From the IMG/VR virus record IMGVR_UViG_3300009420_001906, positions 1 through 52,248 of that record: 52,248 bases of DNA; one strand, given 5' to 3'. Below the pieces are notes generated by a model that saw only the letters and a list, made by a program, of their open reading frames with translations, had not been told where the DNA came from and ran no database searches. The position numbers and the translations under genes are program-made. Below, in pieces: positions 27,628 through 35,654 of the stretch (within the stretch, counting starts at the first letter, position 1; every line of letters starts with the position of its first letter). This stretch comes from a virus. Taxonomy: Duplodnaviria > Caudoviricetes.

Positions 27628-28039
27628 TCTTTGGATTATCTTCTACCCTTTTTCTGAGGTTGCTCGTAGAGAAATTATGTGATCTATTATTAAAGTATAG
27701 CTCAATGCCTCTCTCTTGACAGATCTCTTTACCTGTAAAGGATGCATTGCGATACTCTTCACCTAATATACGTATATTAATTGGCATCATCATTAAGATG
27801 TCTTTAAGATCTTGCTCGTATACATAGGGAATAATCTCATCTACATAGCTAACTGCTTGCAGTTGAGTATATCTTTCTACGATTGTTTGAATAGGTTTGT
27901 TTTTTGTATCTCGATCGAGAGATGGATCAACCTGCAATCCACAAATGAGATGGTCGCATTGTGACTTAGCTTCTCTTAGCATATTAATATGACCTGCATG
28001 CAACAGATCAAACGCTGAACATGTGAATCCTATTTTCAT
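27620..28039 (-). CDS. Cytidylyltransferase (TagD-like)
   Basis: FDLLHAGH, YVDEI, R.H.FSTS. Confidence 0.9.
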   Translation of the reverse strand: MKIGFTCSAFDLLHAGHINMLREAKSQCDHLICGLQVDPSLDRDTKNKPIQTIVERYTQLQAVSYVDEIIPYVYEQDLKDILMMMPINIRILGEEYRNASFTGKEICQERGIELYFNNRSHNFSTSNLRKRVEDNPKNV

Positions 28040-28827
28040 TTTCTGTACTTTTGATTTTCTATAACGGTCGTATTAAATATATTCACTGCACTAAAACGAT
28101 CCGTTAAGGGAAGTAGCCCAGCGAAATGCTCTGTGTCTTTAGGTAGACACTTACCTCCAAATCCAGACTTGCCATCTGGTCCCGGAACATCAAAATGAGT
28201 AGTACCTAGTGTACCATCCACAATGAATAACTCTTTAACAGTTTCATAATCAACTTGATACGTCTCGCATACCTCTTTGATCTCATTGGCCATAATTACC
28301 TTTGCTGCTAGCATAGCATTACGACTCAATTTAAATATAGCTGCAGCCTTAGCGGTAACTATCTTAACCTGTCTACCTTTAGGCATGAGAGCGCCTAGAG
28401 CAGCTGCGCCATGCCCGCCTATAATAATAGACTTGTCTTTATTAGCTACATCTTCTGCCCAATGAATCTCTCTTAAAAACTCCGGCATAAATAACCAATC
28501 AGCTGATAGCTGATCTGGGCCAATAGTACTTCGTATTACTATCCTTGGAGGCTTACCATTTGGACAAGTAGGTATAGATCTTATTGCATTGTCTACAAGA
28601 CGTAATTCTAGTCTGCCGCAGACAGGAATCTTTGATCCATTTTCATCGACAAAAGATGTTGCATACAGAGGAGTAGGTACACATATAAAAACATACTCTA
28701 CGTCTGTCCAATCATCAATTTTTAAGCCGAGTGCTGGATCTTGTATAACAATATCAAACTCTGTGTCTATCAATAATTGCTCAGTAGCTTTACCTACGAA
28801 GCCGTATCCTAATATAGCTGCTTTCAT
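28036..28827 (-). CDS. Short UDP-glucose/GDP-mannose dehydrogenase family protein
   Basis: GYGFVG, ICVPTP, RST, PEFLRE, GFGGKCLPKD; no C-terminal domain. Confidence 0.88.
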   Translation of the reverse strand: MKAAILGYGFVGKATEQLLIDTEFDIVIQDPALGLKIDDWTDVEYVFICVPTPLYATSFVDENGSKIPVCGRLELRLVDNAIRSIPTCPNGKPPRIVIRSTIGPDQLSADWLFMPEFLREIHWAEDVANKDKSIIIGGHGAAALGALMPKGRQVKIVTAKAAAIFKLSRNAMLAAKVIMANEIKEVCETYQVDYETVKELFIVDGTLGTTHFDVPGPDGKSGFGGKCLPKDTEHFAGLLPLTDRFSAVNIFNTTVIENQKYRK

Positions 28828-29024
28828 TTAACTTCAATTTCCTTGAACTCTGGTTCGCCGTGGTACTTGGGTGCAGTTGCTAGAGCTGCGTCAACAGCAT
28901 TCTTTATACCCCAGAGCCTTTTCTTCATATCAAGGCCGGTGAATCCACAATTACGAGTGTTGTGCATCTCGTGATGCAGTTCCCATACAATGTGTCTAGC
29001 TTCTGTGTCGTTTGGTAATATCAT
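28824..29024 (-). CDS. Hypothetical protein
   Basis: 66 aa ORF coupled to neighbours. Confidence 0.6.
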   Translation of the reverse strand: MILPNDTEARHIVWELHHEMHNTRNCGFTGLDMKKRLWGIKNAVDAALATAPKYHGEPEFKEIEVK

Positions 29025-29025
29025 A

Positions 29026-29460
29026 TTATAATCCTACTTTAAATTTCTCCCAATCTATCGCTGACTTAATATTAAAGCCTCGCGAGTTAAGAGATCTGAT
29101 AGCATTCTCTAAGAATTCTACTTTCTCTTTCTGATACGCTAGTTTTAAATTTAGCTGTATTATGTCTTGATCAGCATCTATGTACTGACCTATATCTGTT
29201 CTTAATATCTTAAGCGGATTTGGCTCCCAGGAGAGTTCTGTGAGGTCATCTATATCCATAGTGCCATTAAACCATTCATACTTCTGCTTATGAAGTACTT
29301 TTTGATCGGTTTCGAGTTTACGTAGTAACAATCTCTCCTTAGAAAAGATGTTAAAGTATTTTGAGTGTAGTTGTGGTATCTTTAATGACTCTTCACCGAG
29401 CTCTGTACGATCGAGATCGCAGTCTTTGCTCCAAAGGGCCATTATATCATCTAAGGTCAT
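29026..29460 (-). CDS. uvsY: Recombination mediator UvsY
   Basis: W.KD..D, ESLKIPQLHSKY, RGFNIKSAIDW.KF. Confidence 0.93.
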   Translation of the reverse strand: MTLDDIMALWSKDCDLDRTELGEESLKIPQLHSKYFNIFSKERLLLRKLETDQKVLHKQKYEWFNGTMDIDDLTELSWEPNPLKILRTDIGQYIDADQDIIQLNLKLAYQKEKVEFLENAIRSLNSRGFNIKSAIDWEKFKVGL

Positions 29461-29486
29461 ACTATATTCTCACGGCTTTATACTAT

Positions 29487-29515
29487 ATTATAACGGCTTT
29501 CACCGTCGAAGTCAA
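29487..29515 (-). promoter_or_regulatory. Sigma70-type promoter for uvsY
   Basis: TTGACT-17bp-TATAAT. Confidence 0.8.
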
Positions 29516-29516
29516 C

Positions 29517-30050
29517 TTATAATGGTATGATTTCGTACTGCTCGTAGTTGAAGGACGCTACACATTCTATGTACATTACGTCTTGAGCTCTTAGGTCTAG
29601 TGTTAATTCTGAAATTGTTGATGGAAATAGACCTTTAAATTTAATCTCTATATTTGGATTAGCTGCGCTATTAAAGATTAATAAAGAAGCATCTGAGACT
29701 ATCTCTTGTGTTCCTAATGGGTTGAGTCTTCTGTCACTGTCTGACATTTGTTTGTAGTCATCAAAGGTGCTTGGTGAACCTAATGCTGTTATCCAATTAA
29801 ATACTTCTATGTAGTTCTTCATGTCTTCATCTACTCTAAAAGTAATCTGCATTTCACCAAAATCTATATGATCACCTGGCATAGGAATTCTTACAAATGG
29901 TGTTGATACATCAAGCTTTGGTAGTGTGATGGCAGGTAATAGAACCGACTGACAAAAGAAGTTGACGTTAGGTAATTTAGCTACATTAAATCCAAACTTG
30001 AGAGGACTCAAGAAGGACATATTAGTAGGTTGTGATGTTAATTCGCTCAT
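29517..30050 (-). CDS. gp3: Tail completion/sheath stabiliser
   Basis: FLSP..F, FFCQSV.LP, F.VDEDM.NY.E..NW, SDA.L, FP; T4-like synteny before uvsY. Confidence 0.85.
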   Translation of the reverse strand: MSELTSQPTNMSFLSPLKFGFNVAKLPNVNFFCQSVLLPAITLPKLDVSTPFVRIPMPGDHIDFGEMQITFRVDEDMKNYIEVFNWITALGSPSTFDDYKQMSDSDRRLNPLGTQEIVSDASLLIFNSAANPNIEIKFKGLFPSTISELTLDLRAQDVMYIECVASFNYEQYEIIPL

Positions 30051-30412
30051 GCGGTCTCCATTAATAAAGCTTCATTAGTATTTATCTTATCTTGATCGAA
30101 CAAGATGCTAACTCCGCATCCACATGCCGCTTCTTCATTAGGATTGACTATCCTGAATGATTCATTTAGACCTTCTTTAACCCAGTCTAATGTTGATCCC
30201 ATTAAGTAAGGTTCGCTGCCTGCTTCAATATAGATCTGGAAATTTCCGTAGTCTGTTATAGTACCTTGTAAAGGGCCATCATCAGCCCACTTAATAACAT
30301 ACTCGTAACCAGAACAGCCACCGCCAGTAATCCCAAATGAAATAGTACTTCTACCATCATCCTTTGCTTTCTCAGCCGCCTTAATTACCGCTGCATCGGT
30401 TAACTCAATCAT
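30047..30412 (-). CDS. iscA: A-type Fe-S carrier (IscA/HesB family)
   Basis: GGGCSGYEY, NPN...CGCGVS. Confidence 0.92.
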   Translation of the reverse strand: MIELTDAAVIKAAEKAKDDGRSTISFGITGGGCSGYEYVIKWADDGPLQGTITDYGNFQIYIEAGSEPYLMGSTLDWVKEGLNESFRIVNPNEEAACGCGVSILFDQDKINTNEALLMETA

Positions 30413-30833
30413 CGAACTGGTTATGTTTTCTCTTATCGAGCTTTCCTTTCCAATCAGTAATTGCCATCTGTATGCTATCTTGAGCTAATACAAAGCAATG
30501 TATCTTGATTGATGGAAGCTCCAGAGCTTCTGCTATGTCTTTATCTTTAATGAGAGAAGCTTCTTCGGTAGTTAGACCGATAAGCATATCAACAAATAGA
30601 GAGGAAGATGCAATTGCAGAACCACAACCGTACGTTTTAAATTTTACGTCTTCAATAATATTATTATCTGGATTGATTTTAAGATCCAATTTCATGACAT
30701 CACCACATGCTGGTGCACCTGTCATACCAGTAGCTACGTTTGGATCAGCTGGGTCGAATCTACCAACTCCATGTTTGGATGGTTCATCTAATACAGCGTT
30801 AAATCTGTCTACTACTTTCTGTGAATATGGCAT
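30405..30833 (-). CDS. iscU: Fe-S scaffold IscU
   Basis: YSQKV, GAPACGDVMKL, FKTYGCGSAIASSS, KIHC. Confidence 0.93.
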   Translation of the reverse strand: MPYSQKVVDRFNAVLDEPSKHGVGRFDPADPNVATGMTGAPACGDVMKLDLKINPDNNIIEDVKFKTYGCGSAIASSSLFVDMLIGLTTEEASLIKDKDIAEALELPSIKIHCFVLAQDSIQMAITDWKGKLDKRKHNQFDD

Positions 30834-30844
30834 ATAATCTCCTG

Positions 30845-30914
30845 ATAGGTTAACCTTAAAAAATGGGACTAAGCTGCCTCTATGGCGTTGAACTTAGTCC
30901 CAAGGTTGCTATCT
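30845..30914 (-). promoter_or_regulatory. Long leader hairpin with U-tract upstream of iscU
   Basis: UGGGACUAAG/CUUAGUCCCA stem then UUUUUU; outer pairings AACCUU/AAGGUU and GAUAG/CUAUC. Confidence 0.6.
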
Positions 30915-30921
30915 ACAATAT

Positions 30922-30950
30922 ATTATAGTCGATCTCTCGACTTATTGCAA
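30922..30950 (-). promoter_or_regulatory. Sigma70-type promoter for iscU-iscA
   Basis: TTGCAA-17bp-TATAAT. Confidence 0.78.
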
Positions 30951-30958
30951 CTACTTTA

Positions 30959-31171
30959 TTACTTCTCGTTAACAAAATTGTACAGCGACTTAGCCGTATC
31001 AACCACTTCCTGTGTACCTATCGATTCCGAAGCTATTGCTTCTTTGTTTCCGAGTACTTCATTGTTGTATTGAATAGTATCTACTCTATTTTGTCTATTA
31101 TCTATCAATAGACCTTGAGCTAGGTTTAGCAATTCGGCTCGAATCTCGAACCCTGATTTTCCTTGTGACAT
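30959..31171 (-). CDS. Small hypothetical protein
   Basis: KSGFEIRAELL..A...EV...A..L..FV; AGGAGG RBS; CTAAATA at 31229-31235. Confidence 0.8.
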   Translation of the reverse strand: MSQGKSGFEIRAELLNLAQGLLIDNRQNRVDTIQYNNEVLGNKEAIASESIGTQEVVDTAKSLYNFVNEK

Positions 31172-31180
31172 GTTACCTCC

Positions 31181-31199
31181 TGTGTGTGTGTATGTCTGT
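31181..31199 (-). repeat. (CA)n tract abutting an RBS
   Basis: ACAGACATACACACACACA immediately followed by GGAGG. Confidence 0.7.
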
Positions 31200-31248
31200 A
31201 GATAAAGAGTGTCTCTATCTAACTATTCTATTTAGGCAACCTCGGACC

Positions 31249-31277
31249 AAAAAAAAGAGCCCGTAAGGGCTCTTTTT
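31249..31277. terminator. Rho-independent terminator after gp23
   Basis: A8-GAGCCC-GTAA-GGGCTC-T5, potentially bidirectional. Confidence 0.92.
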
Positions 31278-31295
31278 AAAGTTTAAAACTTTAGA

Positions 31296-32639
31296 TTACA
31301 TGATGTTGTTAACCAATACTCTTCTGTAATATACGTTAGAGTCTTTAGTTAATGCACCAGCGCCGTAAGCAGTTCCTTCAGCAAATGGATTTGCAACTAC
31401 GCCGTAACGAGTTTTAAAGCCAATTTTTGGTTGGAAAGTATTCTCACCGACCGCACGAACCATTTGTAATGGAACATATGGGCAATAGAAAAGACCAGCA
31501 TCGAAGCTTGAAGATCCTTTATAACCTAATGTGTAATAGTTACCAGTAGTGTAAGGATCGATGTAAACTCTATAACGTCCGTTAAGTACGCCGGCAAAAG
31601 TATTACCAGTGTCATCAACTTGGAGGTTGTTTGAGTTTAAAGCAGGAGCATAATCAAGCACGCCAGCCATTTGTAAAGCAGAAGCAACGTCACTTGATGT
31701 GATCAATACGTTACCCTTTCCTCTACGAGTGTCTTTTGCAATTTGGTTAGCATCTCTTTCGATTTGGAACATTAAGCCCTTGAACTTCTCAACAGACCAA
31801 CGACCATTTGAATCAGTATCTAGATCAAATGTTCCGGCGGTTGTTGTATCAGTTTGAGCACCTTGCTTAGCAACAACGTTAATTGTTCTAATGATTTCTC
31901 TGTTAATCTCTGCAAGAATTTCTGTAGAAAGAATATTCGCAAGTTCTGTTTCAGCATCTAGACCATGAATGGCTTTAAGATCCTGAGCAAGTTCCATTGT
32001 GTATTCAGCTTTCAGAGCTCTTGACCCAGCTGTAACAGATACTTTCTCAATTGAGAAAGCCATTTCAGGGAAAGCAGCGTTAGATGCATTTCCGAGAGCT
32101 TCAGCTTGGTTAGTAGACATACCGTCTGCAAAGTTATACAATCCAGCTTCAGCGTTATTCGCTGTAGCAGGTGTAGTACCGACGTTTTTGTCACCGACAG
32201 TGTTTGCACCAGCATTAATAGTTCCGAAAGCAGTATCTGCTTCGTTGTAGAATGCTTCAGTGGCTGAGTTAGCAGCAGTAGTATACTTACTTCTCATTGC
32301 AAATATAAGACCAGTAGGTCCAGACATAGGCTGAACGCCACACATGTCATATGCAACAAGGTTAGGCATAGCTCTTCTTACTAAGCTAATTAAAACAGGA
32401 TCATAGTTCTGAACGCCGTCACCGAAACCAGCTGTGCCAGTTGCGTTGACAGGAGTGTGAGTTCCTGCTTCTGAGAGGAGTGATTGTGAAGAATAAGCGC
32501 TTCCTTCTCTTAACGCTATTTCTGTATTTTCTAATAGTTGGGCTGTAACTGCTCGTTTATGAGAATCTCCGATCGTTGGTAGATCTTCGTGCTCAAGAAT
32601 TGGCTGCCACTTTTCAACTAAGTTTTGATTTAGGTTCAT
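31296..32639 (-). CDS. gp23: Major capsid protein
   Basis: DPVLISLVRRAMP, GVQPMSGPTGLIFAMR, ELAQDLKAIHGLDAE, FQPKIGFKTRYG. Confidence 0.98.
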   Translation of the reverse strand: MNLNQNLVEKWQPILEHEDLPTIGDSHKRAVTAQLLENTEIALREGSAYSSQSLLSEAGTHTPVNATGTAGFGDGVQNYDPVLISLVRRAMPNLVAYDMCGVQPMSGPTGLIFAMRSKYTTAANSATEAFYNEADTAFGTINAGANTVGDKNVGTTPATANNAEAGLYNFADGMSTNQAEALGNASNAAFPEMAFSIEKVSVTAGSRALKAEYTMELAQDLKAIHGLDAETELANILSTEILAEINREIIRTINVVAKQGAQTDTTTAGTFDLDTDSNGRWSVEKFKGLMFQIERDANQIAKDTRRGKGNVLITSSDVASALQMAGVLDYAPALNSNNLQVDDTGNTFAGVLNGRYRVYIDPYTTGNYYTLGYKGSSSFDAGLFYCPYVPLQMVRAVGENTFQPKIGFKTRYGVVANPFAEGTAYGAGALTKDSNVYYRRVLVNNIM

Positions 32640-32674
32640 TAGTAGTTCTCCTTTAATTTATACCCTAACATTAT

Positions 32675-33709
32675 TTATCTTTTAACGGTACGCGAAATCG
32701 CACCGGCATATCTCTCCATTAAAGGATCGACTGCAGCCTTTTCCTCTGCTTCCTGGAGAGGCTCTTCGAAAGTCTCCTCAGTTACGGCTGTTACGCTCTT
32801 TGAAGCAAAGTACTGAGTCTTAATGACATCTAGTTTTGCTTGAAAGTCATCAAGGCTATCATACTCTATACCTTCAGCAAGTGCTGAAAGCTTTTCCTTC
32901 TGAGTAACGGTCAATGATTCTGATTGCTCAGCAACATATGCGCTCTTCAAAAGACTATCAATATCGTTCTGAAGTTCAATCTTCGAAGCAACTGCTTCGT
33001 TTAGATCGGCTTCTAATTTCTCTGCTCGTTCGATTTGCTCTGCAGCAAGATCAATCTTCTCTTCTGGAAGATCAACGAAGTTCTCTTCGAATAAGCCTTT
33101 GAGGCCTGACATGAAGTTTTCAGCGATTTCTACTTTAATAGCAGATTCGATTGCAACTTCGTTCTCAGATGCCCACTCTTCAGCGGCATATGAAAGGTAC
33201 TTGTCTACCTTAGTGTTTGTTTCTTCTATATAAGATGAAGTAGCTTCTTCAAGCTTTGCTTCGAATTCTTCTTCTAGTCTAAGTTGCTCTGCAATTACTC
33301 TAGCAGTTACTGCTGCAGTGAAAACTGTTTCAGCTTTTTCCATGAATTCTTCAGCAAGTTCTTCGCCATCAAAAATATCCTCGATGTCTTCTCTCATACC
33401 TTTTGTTTTAATGCTTGCAGCATTTTTAGAAGAACCACCGCCAGCAGCAGGGCCCTTTCCAAAAATTGTGTTGTAAGCATCGTTGACTTCTCCTTTACCA
33501 AAAGAAGATAATTTTTGTACTACCGCAGCTACCATACCGGCCTTAGATAAAGTTGGCATTGCTTTTTCGCCATCGTCTTTGTCTGCAGGTCTTTTGTTGC
33601 TCTTAGTAGAAACTGGGTCAGCAATCATAGAAGCATCGCCTGTGGCTTTGAATTCATCAAGTCCGACTGCAGCTTCGCTGTTCACTGTTTCCATTTCTTT
33701 TTTAGCCAT
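32675..33709 (-). CDS. gp22: Prohead core scaffold protein
   Basis: Acidic coiled coil, VDKYLSY..EEW..ENE.AIE, MERY..AI; between gp21 and gp23. Confidence 0.92.
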   Translation of the reverse strand: MAKKEMETVNSEAAVGLDEFKATGDASMIADPVSTKSNKRPADKDDGEKAMPTLSKAGMVAAVVQKLSSFGKGEVNDAYNTIFGKGPAAGGGSSKNAASIKTKGMREDIEDIFDGEELAEEFMEKAETVFTAAVTARVIAEQLRLEEEFEAKLEEATSSYIEETNTKVDKYLSYAAEEWASENEVAIESAIKVEIAENFMSGLKGLFEENFVDLPEEKIDLAAEQIERAEKLEADLNEAVASKIELQNDIDSLLKSAYVAEQSESLTVTQKEKLSALAEGIEYDSLDDFQAKLDVIKTQYFASKSVTAVTEETFEEPLQEAEEKAAVDPLMERYAGAISRTVKR

Positions 33710-33762
33710 TTTTACGACTCCTCTAAAATTTAATTAAAACTATTTTAATACTTTATATGTAT

Positions 33763-33770
33763 TATTTATA
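33763..33770 (-). promoter_or_regulatory. T4-type late promoter for gp22
   Basis: Exact TATAAATA; related ATAAATA at 32672, 35615/35622, 37285, 39973 and 47092, each upstream of a structural gene. Confidence 0.8.
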
Positions 33771-33776
33771 AAAACC

Positions 33777-34439
33777 TTATACTAGCGAGTCAAGAAACTT
33801 CTGGAAGAACTCAAATTTGCGTTCTTGAAGTTGTTTAACACTCTTCGTTCCGGTTTTTATTACCTCATCTATAACTCGTTGTGATCTCCATTGACCTTCA
33901 GCAGCGTTATAAACCCAATCCACACCCTCCATAACACCTCTTACATAAGCATCAGGTGCAGATGGATCAGCAACAATATCGGCTGCTGTAGCTAGCATGA
34001 AATCACTTTGTACTTCCATAACATCTCTGTTAGGCTTTATTGATCCCATACCTCTTGAAGATACACCTAGTTGTGCGCCTTCATCCATTAGATTTTTTAC
34101 GATTTGTCCATAAGGAGTATCCAAAATCTTGGCTCTTCCTATGAAGTTGTCTCCATCCTCTTTCAAAGATGTAATCATATGTGAAACTCTTTCTAGGTTG
34201 ATAGTTGGACCTGAAGGGTGACCTAGTTCACCATATGCTCTCTTCGCATCTATATTGTCTTTAATATAGCGACCAACTTCTTTGGTCATTGTTTCCTTAG
34301 GATACATACGACCATTTCTATTCTTTAAATTTGATTGTAAGAATACGCCTTCAATAAAGTAGTTCTGTTTTCCGTCTTCTGTTTTACCTTCTTTTAGGTA
34401 TTCAAAGTCTGAAAAGGTTACTTCTGTTATTAGCTTCAT
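33777..34439 (-). CDS. gp21: Prohead protease
   Basis: MKLITE, NRNGRMYP, GELGHP, GVSSRGMGS, DIVADPSAP. Confidence 0.97.
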   Translation of the reverse strand: MKLITEVTFSDFEYLKEGKTEDGKQNYFIEGVFLQSNLKNRNGRMYPKETMTKEVGRYIKDNIDAKRAYGELGHPSGPTINLERVSHMITSLKEDGDNFIGRAKILDTPYGQIVKNLMDEGAQLGVSSRGMGSIKPNRDVMEVQSDFMLATAADIVADPSAPDAYVRGVMEGVDWVYNAAEGQWRSQRVIDEVIKTGTKSVKQLQERKFEFFQKFLDSLV

Positions 34440-34448
34440 ATCTTTACC

Positions 34449-34694
34449 TTAATTCGCGAACCCGACTGGGGTTCCGTTTATTGTAGGAGCGCATGCTATC
34501 TTGTCTGTTGGAGACTTAGCGATAAGATGTGTACCTGCAAGTAATGTTGTAGTACCAATAGCTGCATCAGCTGCTGTTGTTAAAGTAACAACTGTTGCTG
34601 CTGCTGTAGCATTGATTTTGATTAGTCTAGCACCGCTAAAATTGGATGCGGTGGAGGTGATTGATGCTTCTGCGCCTTTAATGTCGATGATCAT
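34449..34694 (-). CDS. Small hypothetical (putative virion) protein
   Basis: 81 aa Ala/Thr-rich ORF in head gene cluster. Confidence 0.7.
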   Translation of the reverse strand: MIIDIKGAEASITSTASNFSGARLIKINATAAATVVTLTTAADAAIGTTTLLAGTHLIAKSPTDKIACAPTINGTPVGFAN

Positions 34695-35218
34695 TGCGCT
34701 TCATCTCCCATTGATATAGCAAAGTCAACCATTCTTAGGAAATCTTCTTCTGATGTTTCAAGCTTCTCTAAGAACTTCTCTGAATTTTCATCGTTTAAGA
34801 ATTCCATTACGTTAACAATATTTCTAGCTGTATCAGGATCTACATCGATCATTGTGCCGTCTGTTAGCTCAACTGAGCGCTCTTCATCGGCTTCTACTAT
34901 AGCTTGTATATCATCAAGTACTGACTCTTGAAAATCTTCTAAGAGATCTTCTTCTGAAAGGATTGACTCAAGAACAGAATTAACGTCTTCATTAGCTAAC
35001 TCTTCTTCATCTTTAGTCAGGTGTGTTCTTTTCGATGTATCTTTCTTCATCGACTTAGCGTTAAGAATATCCATATTCTTTTTGCCTGTTGGGTGTTCAG
35101 GATCGTTTATGACGGCAGTATGAAGGTTTTTAAAGTCCTTCTCGCCTTCAGCTTTATCACGACCGTGATGAGGCAGTTTGCCTACTGCTTCAAGAATGTC
35201 TTTAAGTTTCTTCGCCAT
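34691..35218 (-). CDS. Putative prohead core protein
   Basis: Basic N-terminus, acidic C-terminus; occupies the gp67/gp68 position. Confidence 0.6.
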   Translation of the reverse strand: MAKKLKDILEAVGKLPHHGRDKAEGEKDFKNLHTAVINDPEHPTGKKNMDILNAKSMKKDTSKRTHLTKDEEELANEDVNSVLESILSEEDLLEDFQESVLDDIQAIVEADEERSVELTDGTMIDVDPDTARNIVNVMEFLNDENSEKFLEKLETSEEDFLRMVDFAISMGDEAQ

Positions 35219-35227
35219 TTTATTCCT

Positions 35228-35605
35228 CTATTGACTTGATTCTTCTTCAGAATCGTCTTCTATTTGTTCTTCTTCAGTTGGAAGCTCTTCTTCAGGATTT
35301 TCATCCTCGTCATCTAGTGCAGCTTCCAGCTCATCATCTGTGACTTCTGCGTCGAGTCCATCTTCTTCCGGCTCAACATCTGCTACTTCTTCAGGTGCTT
35401 CTGCTTCTGCTTCAACCTCTTCTGGTTCTTTATTACCAACCATGGACTGAACTACTTCATCTCTCTTACCAGAGATAACATCTGCTACTCTATTTAGCAT
35501 CTCGTCATCGAACGCTTGCTTAACTGATACTGGTTTATCGCCTATAGCGCCTTTAACAATATCATCAACATTCACTTTATTATAATCTACATCAGGCATA
35601 TTCAT
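35228..35605 (-). CDS. Highly acidic putative prohead core protein (gp67-like position)
   Basis: Glu/Asp-rich tail; directly after portal gene. Confidence 0.6.
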   Translation of the reverse strand: MNMPDVDYNKVNVDDIVKGAIGDKPVSVKQAFDDEMLNRVADVISGKRDEVVQSMVGNKEPEEVEAEAEAPEEVADVEPEEDGLDAEVTDDELEAALDDEDENPEEELPTEEEQIEDDSEEESSQ

Positions 35606-35654
35606 TCTCCATTATATTTATTATTTATCACACCTCTAAACGAGATCTCAGCAT

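Noticed and set aside
2219-30944. Short inverted repeats in promoter spacers as operators
   Set aside because: Clear at 30928 and 29493 but with unrelated sequences, and absent from the two intragenic promoters
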